A stretch of DNA of 63,804 bases, the filler included, from Bacteroidales bacterium (GTDB lineage: Bacteria > Bacteroidota > Bacteroidia > Bacteroidales > CAIWKO01), in NCBI GenBank assembly GCA_035389045.1. It is 4 parts of 4 records of this genome, joined end to end, with 100 filler letters (N's around TTAATTAATTAA, not from the genome) between each part and the next. Parts side by side here need not be neighbours in the genome. Positions count along the whole stretch, not along the records: positions 1 to 18,066 come from DAOORA010000078.1; 3 more parts are not named here. One strand, given 5' to 3'. The translations under genes were made by a program, and so were the position numbers. The notes beneath the pieces are model-generated. The model made no database searches, was not told where the DNA came from, and was given only the letters and a program-made list of their open reading frames with translations. Below, in pieces: positions 1 through 9,383 of the stretch. Every line of letters starts with the position of its first letter. The first letter of the stretch is position 1.

Positions 1-468
1 TTGTGTCACCCTTTGCGCGCCTTAGTGGTAAAAGAACTTAACCACGAAGTCGCACGAAGGAAATTCACGAAGGGACACAAAGGAAAAATATAATAAATAT
101 CAAGAAATGATTCATGTCACCCTTTGAGCGCCTTAGTGTAACCCTTAGTGCGCCTTAGTGGTAAAAAAAGAACCACAAAGTCCGCCGCGGCGGACACGAA
201 GTACTTTCACGAAGGGACACAAGGGAATTTAAAAAAATAAATATCAAAAAAATGCTTTATGTAAACCTTTGAGCGCCTTTGTGCCATCCTTAGTGCGCCG
301 TAGTGGTAAAAAAAAGAACCACAAAGTCCGCCGCGGCGGACACGAAGTACAGTCACAAAGGGACACAAAGGAAGAATTAAAAAATAAATTAGAGTTAAAA
401 AAATATGTTTCCTGTAACCCTTAGTGCTCCTTAGTGTTACCCTTTGAGCGCCTTAGTGGTAAAAAAAA
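1..468. repeat. Tandem array of ~115-150 bp REP-like units built from CCTTAGTG/CCTTTG and CACRAAG motifs
   Basis: About 3.5 units, each CC(T/G)TAGTGGTAAAA followed by AACCACRAAG...CACRAAGGGACACAA and an AT-rich spacer. A perfect 16-bp palindrome GTCCGCCGCGGCGGAC occurs at 180-195 and 326-341. Confidence 0.9.
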
Positions 469-475
469 TTAAAAT

Positions 476-1531
476 ATGGCTTTTTCCAGAACCAAACATG
501 TAAAGATAGCCGGTATTGCGGCTTGTGTCCCAAAGAACATTGTTGAAAACTCGGTATACCCCTTGTTCGAAAACGACGAGTACGACAAATTTGTCGCCTC
601 GGTAGGCATTGAAAGGCGCCGTATCGTGGAGCAGGGCGTATGCACCTCCGATTTGTGTTTTCATGCGGCGGAACAACTGATAAAAGACCTGAACTGGACC
701 AAGGAAGAAATAGAATTACTGGTTTTTGTTTCCCATACAGCCGACTATAAACTACCGGCCACATCATGTATTTTGCAACACAGGCTCGGCTTATCCAACG
801 AATGTATGACTTTGGATATCAGCCTGGGATGTTCCGGTTATATCCATGGACTGAATACTGCAGCATCGCTGATGTCGTCCGGAATAATTAAAAAAGGACT
901 TTTACTGGCCGGCAATACACAATCCCTGTATGCTTCTTTTGAAGATAAAAGCGCTTATCCCCTGTTTGCTGATGCCGGCACAGCCACAGCTCTCGTATCA
1001 GACGAAAATGCTTGTGAAATGTTCTTTCATTTCGGTACTGACGGCAGCGGTTACCAGGCTATTATTTTGCCCGACGGTGGCTGTCGTAACCCTGTGACGC
1101 CGGAATCTTTCAAAATGGAAGATTGCGGGGCGGGTATCCGCCGTTCACGGCTGCATGAGGGCCTCGATGGGATGGAAGTGTTTTCTTTCGGTATCACGAA
1201 AGCGCCCCAATCCGTCAGAAAACTGCTGGAAAATTTTAACCTGGACATGGATACTATTAATTATTTCCTGTTTCATCAGGCCAACCGGTTCATGGTGGAG
1301 AAGATCCGGAAAAAGCTGAAAATTCCTGAAGAAAAAGTTCCGTATAACATCAAAGATTTTGGAAATACCAGTTGTGCAACTATTCCGTTACTGATGGTGA
1401 CCAATCTGAAGGAACAGATACAAAATAATAAACTAAAATTGCTTTTATGTGGATTTGGGGTGGGACTATCCTGGGGCGCTGCGGTGTTAACTACAGAAAA
1501 ATGCAGGGTTTCTGATTTAATTGAGATATGA
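476..1531 (+). CDS. fabH: 3-oxoacyl-ACP synthase III (FabH-like), glycan-locus associated
   Basis: Catalytic triad motifs LGCSGY, HQAN and FGNTS; C-terminal GFGVGLSWG. Confidence 0.9.
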   Translation: MAFSRTKHVKIAGIAACVPKNIVENSVYPLFENDEYDKFVASVGIERRRIVEQGVCTSDLCFHAAEQLIKDLNWTKEEIELLVFVSHTADYKLPATSCILQHRLGLSNECMTLDISLGCSGYIHGLNTAASLMSSGIIKKGLLLAGNTQSLYASFEDKSAYPLFADAGTATALVSDENACEMFFHFGTDGSGYQAIILPDGGCRNPVTPESFKMEDCGAGIRRSRLHEGLDGMEVFSFGITKAPQSVRKLLENFNLDMDTINYFLFHQANRFMVEKIRKKLKIPEEKVPYNIKDFGNTSCATIPLLMVTNLKEQIQNNKLKLLLCGFGVGLSWGAAVLTTEKCRVSDLIEI

Positions 1532-1543
1532 TTTTCTTCTTCA

Positions 1544-1643
1544 NNNNNNNNNNNNNNNNNNNNNNNNNNNNNNNNNNNNNNNNNNNNNNNNNNNNNNNNN
1601 NNNNNNNNNNNNNNNNNNNNNNNNNNNNNNNNNNNNNNNNNNN
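1544..1643. other. Scaffold gap (100 N)
   Basis: Run of N with no stop-codon linker. Confidence 1.
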
Positions 1644-1708
1644 TCAGCGTGACATAAAAAAGTCCCGCAAAACTCAAGTGAAATAATTAAAATCTTCCGT
1701 ATATAAAA

Positions 1709-2449
1709 ATGTCTGAAAAAAAAACTATAAAGGATCCGGTGAATGAGGGGCATCTTACTTTAAATATCCTGTCGTCAGCCAACAAATTTAATAAGTGGAT
1801 ATATGAGACCGTAAAGCCGTTTATTAAAGGTGATATCCTTGAAATCGGAAGCGGCATAGGAAATATTACGCAGTGTTTTATTGAGGACAGGCGCAGGCTG
1901 ACCTGCAGCGATATAAGTGATTCATACTGTTCCATATTGAAAGACCGTTTTAAAAACAGCTCATACCTGCATGAAGTCAGGTGCATTGATATTATTCATA
2001 AGGATTTTGATAATGAATATGCAGATTTAATTGGAAATTATGACAGCATAATTGCCGTCAATATGGTGGAACATGTTGAAAATGATCGGCTCGCTGTGCA
2101 GAATTGCGGAAAAATTCTGCGCAAAGGCGGTCGTTTGGTCATATTGGTACCCGCTTACCAGTGGCTTTACAATCGTTTCGACACAGAACTGGAGCATTTC
2201 CGGCGTTATCGTATTGAAGATCTGAAAACACTGGTTGCTCATGCAGGATTCAGGATTGATAGCGCCCGGTATTTTAATTTCATAGGCATTTTGGGCTGGT
2301 GGTTCAGCGGCAGTATGCTGCGCAGTAAAAACATACCGGAATGTCAGATGAGTTTGTTTGAATTCCTGGTTCCCCTGATAAAAGTTACGGACAGGATAAT
2401 AATGAACAAGGCCGGCCTGAGTATCATTATCAGCGGTACTAAAGAATAG
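1709..2449 (+). CDS. Class I SAM-dependent methyltransferase
   Basis: ILEIGSGIG motif I; NMVEHV; VPAYQWLY...EHFRRY, typical of glycan-locus methyltransferases. Confidence 0.85.
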   Translation: MSEKKTIKDPVNEGHLTLNILSSANKFNKWIYETVKPFIKGDILEIGSGIGNITQCFIEDRRRLTCSDISDSYCSILKDRFKNSSYLHEVRCIDIIHKDFDNEYADLIGNYDSIIAVNMVEHVENDRLAVQNCGKILRKGGRLVILVPAYQWLYNRFDTELEHFRRYRIEDLKTLVAHAGFRIDSARYFNFIGILGWWFSGSMLRSKNIPECQMSLFEFLVPLIKVTDRIIMNKAGLSIIISGTKE

Positions 2450-2490
2450 AAAGGTTACCGAACATAAAACAACGATGAAAGAAAAATTTA

Positions 2491-2818
2491 TAACTATTCA
2501 CCCCATTGAAGCACTTGAAAACAAAGAGATTCCTCATTTCGTACCGATAGTTCCGATAGTACCGATAGATATCGGTATCGGAATCGGTACTCTATTCGGA
2601 ATGACATTAAGGTTTGTTGCCAGGGAGGAGGAACGCAGCGGGGCGCAAAGCGCCCCGCTGCGTTCCTCCTCCCAATACCCTCCAAAATTGAATTGTCATT
2701 CCGAAAATCGTGAGGAATCTTTTTTAATCCATGAAACAAAACAAAACATTGTGAATAACAAGCATATGGCAAACCGGATAGAATTACTTTATGATGTTTT
2801 ATATGGGGTGAATAGTTA
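2491..2818. mobile_element. MITE-like palindromic element with 16-bp perfect terminal inverted repeats
   Basis: TAACTATTCACCCCAT (2491-2506) and ATGGGGTGAATAGTTA (2803-2818). Internal 24-bp-stem hairpin at 2623-2673. An inverted homolog lies at 7807-8006. Confidence 0.8.
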
Positions 2819-2866
2819 CAAAAATTATTTTTATCTCAAAACGACAAAGATTTAAATGTCCTGAAG

Positions 2867-4498
2867 ATGAATTTCACGGCAAAAAAATTATTCTCTGTGT
2901 TTACCTCAAAGCTGGCTGTCCGGGCACAGGACTGCCGCAGGCAGCCGCTAAAGTGTTTTCTTGTCACTGGCATTGTTCTGGTCACTATTTCAAAATTATT
3001 CCTTATCGGAGAAGGCGCCCTTGCGTTTTCCGATGAATTCAGGCACAGGTATTCGTTGATGGTAGCTTATGATCTGGCAAACCTGAATTTCAAAGATGCC
3101 GTGTCTTACATATTTTCTGCCATGGGCAGGCCACTGTATGTGCTGATCGATATGATCCCGGCACTGTTACAGTTCCTTACAGCAAAGATATTTCATCTGG
3201 ATGTTTATGAAAGTGATAATTCATATCCGCTGTTCATATTTAACTTTATCATTTATTGTTGCATCCTGATCATACATTACAAATTCTCAAAACGGGTAGT
3301 AAAAGATCAGTCACTGGCCTTGTTCAGTGTTCTGTTGTTCGCTACGCTCACCAACTCTTACCTTTATCTCCGTCATGCTTTTCCTTATGATGCCGGCTTG
3401 CTGATTTTATATGTGGTTTTATACAAAACGGTCATCTGCACCAGCAGGGGAGCATTATCCTTCAGACGGTCATTATTTTTGGGAATGGTTTCGTCTTTCG
3501 GGTATCTGACCTACCCGGGTTATTTTCCCCTTGTTATTATCATTGGCCTGTTGTTGTTTTTATATAAGCTGGAAAGGAAAGAAATAGTTAAAAAAATAAA
3601 ATATTTATTTTGTTTTGTCTGTGGGGCCTTGTTATGTTTGTTTGCTACTGAAGCATTGTCGAGGGTGGGGGAGTATTCATACATTAAAGTGGCGGTTTCG
3701 ATGTCGGATGCCATAAATATGGGCTCGTTTGACGAATCCTTTTCTTTTTTGATCAAATATCTGTTTGAAGTGGAGCGGTTGTCAGGAATTATAGTACTTA
3801 TTTGCCTGTTGATTTTTTATGTTGTTGTGATAAAACACATGATTCAAAAACGGGGAGGGATACATTCCCTCATCATTGTGTTGGCAATAATTGTTACGGC
3901 TATTTTTCTTTTTTATGCCGGAACAGGATATTTTTTTCATAAAATGATCTTTTATGGCCGCTTATTGCATCAATATTTTCCCTTGATCTGCATTTTTTCT
4001 GTGTATGCGATAGCGGCCCTGACGGGGAAAAAGTTGGGGAAAAGTATATGGATTGTAATGCTGTCGCTGATTTTGTTCGTGAATTATGGCTATAATTTCC
4101 TTGATTACCGTTCTTACGCCTATCCGCGCGACATTGCCTGGAATTTGTCGAAAAAATATCAACCCGTCCAGGTGGCCAATATCGCAGAATATCAAGATAT
4201 TTACCACGGAAGCGGCTCTGAAATGAATCATGTTTTTTTTCTTGCAGAAAATACGGCCGACAGTTTGTCAAAGGATGTGATCGTGACCAATGCGTATTTA
4301 TATCATTATTTTGACGATATTAATAAATATCATTTGTTTGATCCCGGGAATGATTATAAACGGATAGCATCGAAACCGTATTTTTTAAATTGTAAAGCCT
4401 ATCAGTACGAAGGGGCAGGTATGGAGCAGCGCAGCATTATTGACGAGATCAACCTGCATATACGAATTTATTCCAGAGTAGACACAACTCATCAATGA
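2867..4498 (+). CDS. Polytopic membrane protein, probably a GT-C (ArnT/PMT-like) glycosyltransferase
   Basis: Many hydrophobic helices, an acidic DE pair in the first loop (FSDEFRH), and glycan-locus context. Confidence 0.55.
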   Translation: MNFTAKKLFSVFTSKLAVRAQDCRRQPLKCFLVTGIVLVTISKLFLIGEGALAFSDEFRHRYSLMVAYDLANLNFKDAVSYIFSAMGRPLYVLIDMIPALLQFLTAKIFHLDVYESDNSYPLFIFNFIIYCCILIIHYKFSKRVVKDQSLALFSVLLFATLTNSYLYLRHAFPYDAGLLILYVVLYKTVICTSRGALSFRRSLFLGMVSSFGYLTYPGYFPLVIIIGLLLFLYKLERKEIVKKIKYLFCFVCGALLCLFATEALSRVGEYSYIKVAVSMSDAINMGSFDESFSFLIKYLFEVERLSGIIVLICLLIFYVVVIKHMIQKRGGIHSLIIVLAIIVTAIFLFYAGTGYFFHKMIFYGRLLHQYFPLICIFSVYAIAALTGKKLGKSIWIVMLSLILFVNYGYNFLDYRSYAYPRDIAWNLSKKYQPVQVANIAEYQDIYHGSGSEMNHVFFLAENTADSLSKDVIVTNAYLYHYFDDINKYHLFDPGNDYKRIASKPYFLNCKAYQYEGAGMEQRSIIDEINLHIRIYSRVDTTHQ

Positions 4499-5481
4499 AA
4501 AGAAAAACTAAAAAAATACTTGCGGCATCATACGAATATCCCAACCGGGTGAAAGAGCTCATCCCCGATCCCATGGTTCAGGTACAGACCATCACTTACC
4601 AACACGGCCCTTATATTCGCGACTGCATTGAGGGGATACTGATGCAAAAAACCACGTTCCCCTTTGAGTATCTGATCGGCGAGGACTGCAGCACCGACGG
4701 GACTCGCGAAATTGTGCTGGAATATGCCCAAAAATACCCCGGCAGGATCAGGGTGATCACGGCTGATGAAAATATGGGTATGATGGGAAATATCAGAAGG
4801 TGCCGCATGGCTTCGCGTGGTAAATATATTGCCTTGTGCGAGGGCGATGATTACTGGACCGACCCGTATAAATTGCAAAAGCAGGTTGATTTTTTAGAAA
4901 ATAATCCTGATGTGGCTATAACGTATCATGATGCCTCAAGAGTGGATAATAATAAAAATATTATTGAAGAATCGTTGCTTCCCGAAGACCGGAAAAGAGA
5001 TTTCAGCAGTGAAGAACTGAAAAAGGGAATATGGATCATGACAAATACGATGTGCTTCAGGAATGTAGTGGATCAATATCCCGAAAACTATTTTAAAGTG
5101 GTTAACGGAGATACGTTTATTACCTCTTTGCTTGGCAATTACGGCAGAGGGGCATATCTGACCGGTATTAAACCCAGTTGTTACCGGATCAGCAATACGG
5201 GGATATGGTCCATGAAGACCGATGTCGAACGTAAGATCAGGACACTGGCAACCCCATTGGAACTTATGAAATTCTATAACAAACGGAATGATAGGGCGTT
5301 TTATGAATACTATAAGGACAGCGCCAGGAAATTGATATTATCTTTACTGGAAAATAAATTATCAAAAAAACAAAAAAAACATATTATAAAAAAGATATGT
5401 ACCCATTTGAATGATTTGGGACTTAGAAATTCATTCTATTATATAAAAAAAACAATAACAACAAATAAATGTGCGGAATAG
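4495..5481 (+). CDS. Glycosyltransferase family 2
   Basis: GEDCSTDGTREI and YIALCEGDDYWTDPYKLQKQVDFLE. Confidence 0.92.
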   Translation: MKRKTKKILAASYEYPNRVKELIPDPMVQVQTITYQHGPYIRDCIEGILMQKTTFPFEYLIGEDCSTDGTREIVLEYAQKYPGRIRVITADENMGMMGNIRRCRMASRGKYIALCEGDDYWTDPYKLQKQVDFLENNPDVAITYHDASRVDNNKNIIEESLLPEDRKRDFSSEELKKGIWIMTNTMCFRNVVDQYPENYFKVVNGDTFITSLLGNYGRGAYLTGIKPSCYRISNTGIWSMKTDVERKIRTLATPLELMKFYNKRNDRAFYEYYKDSARKLILSLLENKLSKKQKKHIIKKICTHLNDLGLRNSFYYIKKTITTNKCAE

Positions 5482-7340
5482 CCGGAATATGTTTCAGTGA
5501 CAGGCCCCCGTCAGCAGAGGAAATAAATAAAATGACCGACGCCATTGCCCACAGAGGCCCCGATGGCTCGGGCATGCATATTCAGGGAAATGTGGGTATC
5601 GGGCACAGAAGGCTGTCAATCATTGACCTGCAGACAGGCGATCAGCCCATGTGCAACGAAGACAGGTCGGTATGGATCACTTTTAACGGTGAAATCTATA
5701 ATTATAAAAAATTAAGGGAGGAACTGAAGAGCTTAGGACATGTCTTTAAAACGAATTCCGATACCGAATGTGTTATTCACGGTTATGAAGAATGGAAGGA
5801 AGGTTTGTTGGGCCGATTGAGAGGGATGTTTGCTTTTTGCATGGTGGATTACAATGCGCATATGATGTTTCTGGCCCGGGACCATTTTGGGATAAAGCCG
5901 CTGGTTTACAGAAAGGAAAAGGATTATTTTGCTTTTGCATCTGAAATAAATGCTTTGCGGCAGGTTGAAACGCAAAAACCCTCAGGAAGTACGGATGGGC
6001 TGATCAGCTATTTAAGGCTCGGATATATCCCTGCACCATTGACTATTTATGAAAACATCCGGAAACTTCCCCCTGCGCATTATCTGACATATGACCTGAA
6101 AAAAAATGAGCTGACAGAGAAAAAATACTGGGCTCCTGAATTTATGCCGCAAAAGTTAAACAGCAGGGACTGGCTTGAATATGCGGGTTCAGTGATCGAA
6201 GACTCGGTAAAATGTCATTTAATATCTGATGTGCCTGTCGGCATTTTTTTATCCGGAGGAATCGACTCTACACTGATTGCCTTAAAAGCCGCCAAAATTG
6301 CAGGCAATGAAATTGAAGCATTCACCATAGGTTTCAACGAATCAGCATTTAACGAACTGACGTATGCACAGGAGGCGGCAAAAAAAATCGGGATAAAGCT
6401 GAATTATGAAATCGTACAAAAAACGGATATTGAAATTGTCCCCCAACTGATCACAGGGCATTATGGCGAGCCAATGGCCGACAGCTCCATTTTACCTACC
6501 TGGTACGTGTCCAAAATGGCCAGAGAAAAATTAAAAGTTGTGCTCACCGGCGATGGAGGCGATGAGTTGTTTGCCGGTTACCCGAAATATCTCAGATATA
6601 TCAATGAAAATGTTTGTAATGTGATCGAAAAAAAAATCAGGATGAATCAAATGGCAAGCATCCCAAGATATTTGCTCGGTACACTTAAAAAATACCTGAA
6701 AAACCGCGGTGTCTTGAATGATGTAGGTTTCTGGATGGATATTACGGCCAAATACGATGGGAACATTCAGGAGATCATGCCGAAAAAGTATCATTCAAAA
6801 ATAAATAAAAACATTTTGCAATTTCAAAATGCCCATTCATATTATAAACACTGTGATAAAATGTCTTATGTCCAGGCGCTGGATATCCTGACGGCTTTTC
6901 ATGGAAACATTCTTTCAAAAGTTGATATTTCCACCATGGCCAACAGTCTTGAATCACGTCCGCCATTAATTGATACCGAAGTCGCCCGTATGGCTTTTTC
7001 ATTGCCTTATCAGATGAAAGTTCATTACATTGACCATATCCCTGAAGGTAAATATGTATTAAAAAAAATATTGACGGAACATTTTCCCGCTGATTTCGTG
7101 AACAGGAAAAAACAGGGATTTGTCATGCCTAAGGACCAATGGTTAGAAAATGAGCATGTAAACAGGCTGTATAAAAATTATATTTTTGATCACAAAACGG
7201 GTATGTCGAGGTTTTTTGAAATGGATAAGGTGGAAAAAATGTTTTCAAAACTGGATCATCATGTCAATAAGGATATGGTCTGGCATTTATTTGTATTAGC
7301 GTCGTGGTTGAGTAAAAACTCAGACATTGAATTTGGATGA
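5469..7340 (+). CDS. asnB: Asparagine synthase (glutamine-hydrolysing) family amidotransferase
   Basis: N-terminal MCGIAG, HRGPDG, FNGEIYNY, LSGGIDS and TGDGGDELFAGY. Confidence 0.95.
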   Translation: MCGIAGICFSDRPPSAEEINKMTDAIAHRGPDGSGMHIQGNVGIGHRRLSIIDLQTGDQPMCNEDRSVWITFNGEIYNYKKLREELKSLGHVFKTNSDTECVIHGYEEWKEGLLGRLRGMFAFCMVDYNAHMMFLARDHFGIKPLVYRKEKDYFAFASEINALRQVETQKPSGSTDGLISYLRLGYIPAPLTIYENIRKLPPAHYLTYDLKKNELTEKKYWAPEFMPQKLNSRDWLEYAGSVIEDSVKCHLISDVPVGIFLSGGIDSTLIALKAAKIAGNEIEAFTIGFNESAFNELTYAQEAAKKIGIKLNYEIVQKTDIEIVPQLITGHYGEPMADSSILPTWYVSKMAREKLKVVLTGDGGDELFAGYPKYLRYINENVCNVIEKKIRMNQMASIPRYLLGTLKKYLKNRGVLNDVGFWMDITAKYDGNIQEIMPKKYHSKINKNILQFQNAHSYYKHCDKMSYVQALDILTAFHGNILSKVDISTMANSLESRPPLIDTEVARMAFSLPYQMKVHYIDHIPEGKYVLKKILTEHFPADFVNRKKQGFVMPKDQWLENEHVNRLYKNYIFDHKTGMSRFFEMDKVEKMFSKLDHHVNKDMVWHLFVLASWLSKNSDIEFG

Positions 7341-7454
7341 AATGTTTGGATCTTTTTTTGAGGTACTGGAAGAAATTATTTTAATTTTTAATTAAAATAA
7401 AAATTAAGCACCATTTGAAACGCAACTTGTTTAAAACTTGAGTAATTCCTTTTT

Positions 7455-7786
7455 ATGAAAATTCACTGTTATTACGTCTATATTCTAACAAACACTAATC
7501 ATACTGTTCTTTTACTGGAGTTACTAATGATTTGGCAAGAAGAGCTTTTGAACACGAAAAGAAAATTATTAAAGGATTTACTTCCAAATATAATGTTGAT
7601 AAGTTAATATATTTTGAATTATTTGATTTTATTAATATGGCAATAAAAAGAGAGAAACAGATTAAGGGTTATTCGAGAATGAAAAAACTTGCACTTATAG
7701 ATGCATTAAATCCAAAATGGGTCAATCTATATAATGACGGAAAAATTGATTGGGAAATAATACGAAACAAAAAAAATAATATGTAA
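7455..7786 (+). pseudogene. GIY-YIG nuclease family gene with a 1-nt frameshift
   Basis: ATG 7455 reads MKIHCYYVYILTNTNHTVL. After the TTTT run at 7510-7513, another frame continues TGVTNDLARRAFEHEK...FTSKYNVDKLIYFE...AIKREKQIKGYSRMKKLALI..NPKW. Confidence 0.85.
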
Positions 7787-7806
7787 AACTTTTCAAAAAA
7801 AATTAA

Positions 7807-8006
7807 AGATTCCTCGCTATGCTCGGAATGACAGTTCGATTTTGGTGGGTATTGGAGGAGGAAAGCAGCGGGGCGCAAAGCGCCCCGCTGCTTTCCTCCT
7901 CCCTAATAACAAACCCTAATGTCATTCCGAATGTAGTACCGATAGCAATCGGTACGAAATGAGGAATCTTTTTGTTTTCAAATGGTTCAGTGGGGTGAAT
8001 AGTGAC
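7807..8006. repeat. Palindromic repeat downstream of the GIY-YIG gene; inverted copy of 2491-2720
   Basis: AGATTCCTC..CGGAATGAC and GTCATTCCG..GAGGAATCT arms, a 23-bp-stem hairpin at 7854-7902, and the end GGGGTGAATAGT. Confidence 0.88.
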
Positions 8007-8178
8007 AAATCAGATCTTCTTTATGTTTTATGGATATTTATCCCCAAACGGGCAATTTGATTTTTTAAAGAAGTGCAATTTATAATGTCAGCACCTCAAA
8101 AAAAGATTTAACCGATAAAATAAAAAGTTTTTGTTATTAACGAAAACTAATTAACTTTGCAAACGAAAACTATTAGCA

Positions 8179-9381
8179 ATGATCACAAAATTAGTATTAA
8201 AGCAAATACTAGAATCTCAGAAAGAGAGGATTGATTCATTAAATACCGGTTTGCAAAGGAATGTTTATAATTATCAAAATATTGGTTCGAATGCTTATAT
8301 CTTAACGGGCGTTCGCAGATGCGGAAAAAGCACGGTTTTGCAGCAAATCAACAAATCAAATGAGTTTAATTCCATGTATATCAATTTTGAAGATCCAAGA
8401 TTATCTTCTTTTAACATGGATGATTTTAATCGTTTGCATGAAATTGCATTAGAAAACAATATAACTGCGTTTTTTTTAGACGAAACTCAAATTATTGAAA
8501 AATGGGAAAATTTTGTCAGATTCCGGGTAGATGAGGGGTATAAAATATTTATTACCGGGTCAAAAGCTTCTATGCTTAGCAGGGAATTAGGAACTAAGTT
8601 GGCGGGACGACATATATCTAAAGAGTTGTTTCCTTTTTCTTATGGTGAATATTTAGATTTTAAAACTAAAACCAAAAATAAAGATACTCAAACAGAATAT
8701 ATGACAGGGGGAGGATTTCCTGAGTTTATTAAAACAGGAAATGAAGAAATACTGATGCATACATTTAGCGATATTGTCATCAGAGACATCGCTGTCCGGT
8801 ATAATATTAAAAATGTATTAACACTAAAACAATTAGCGGTATGGATAGTTTCAAACATAGGAAAACCAATTACAGGAAATAGTTTGAAAAAAATATTTAA
8901 TATCGGCTCTTCTTCAAGTATAATGGAGTATTTGTCTTTTTTTTCGGATGCTTATTTGTTTTTCTTTGTTCCGAAATTCAGTTATTCAATAAAAAATCAA
9001 ATTGTGAATCCTAAAAAAGCGTATTGTATAGATAATGGATTTATAACAACAAATTCTGTTTCGTTTTCAGAGGATAATGGAAGACTTTTGGAAAATATGG
9101 TTTTTTTACATATCAGACATAAGACAAAAGAAATTTATTATTTTAACGAAAAAAAAGAGTGCGACTTTGTGGTTTTTGAAAATGCTAAGATTAAATATGT
9201 ATGTCAGGTGTGTTGGGAGTTAAATGAAAGTAATACCGATAGAGAGATAGGCGGCTTACTGGAAGCCATGGAATTTTTTAATCTTTCCATTGCGGAAATT
9301 ATTACTTATAATCAATCGGATTCATTTCATATAGATGGTAAAACAATTAAAGTTATTCCTTTTTACGCATGGGTAAATTAG
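8179..9381 (+). CDS. ATP-binding protein, AAA_14 + DUF4143 type
   Basis: Walker A GVRRCGKS, Walker B FFLDETQ, ITGS, KKAYCIDNG, LLENMV and C-terminal ECDFVV..QV. TAACTTTG promoter element at 8152-8159. Confidence 0.88.
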   Translation: MITKLVLKQILESQKERIDSLNTGLQRNVYNYQNIGSNAYILTGVRRCGKSTVLQQINKSNEFNSMYINFEDPRLSSFNMDDFNRLHEIALENNITAFFLDETQIIEKWENFVRFRVDEGYKIFITGSKASMLSRELGTKLAGRHISKELFPFSYGEYLDFKTKTKNKDTQTEYMTGGGFPEFIKTGNEEILMHTFSDIVIRDIAVRYNIKNVLTLKQLAVWIVSNIGKPITGNSLKKIFNIGSSSSIMEYLSFFSDAYLFFFVPKFSYSIKNQIVNPKKAYCIDNGFITTNSVSFSEDNGRLLENMVFLHIRHKTKEIYYFNEKKECDFVVFENAKIKYVCQVCWELNESNTDREIGGLLEAMEFFNLSIAEIITYNQSDSFHIDGKTIKVIPFYAWVN

Positions 9382-9383
9382 TT

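Noticed and set aside
1..468. CRISPR array
   Set aside because: Units are long and degenerate, spacers are similar AT-rich tracts rather than unique sequences, and no cas genes are present.
2475..2855. 126-aa ORF
   Set aside because: It is a read-through of the palindromic element (VPIVPIVPIDIGIGIG comes from nested palindromes); no protein features.
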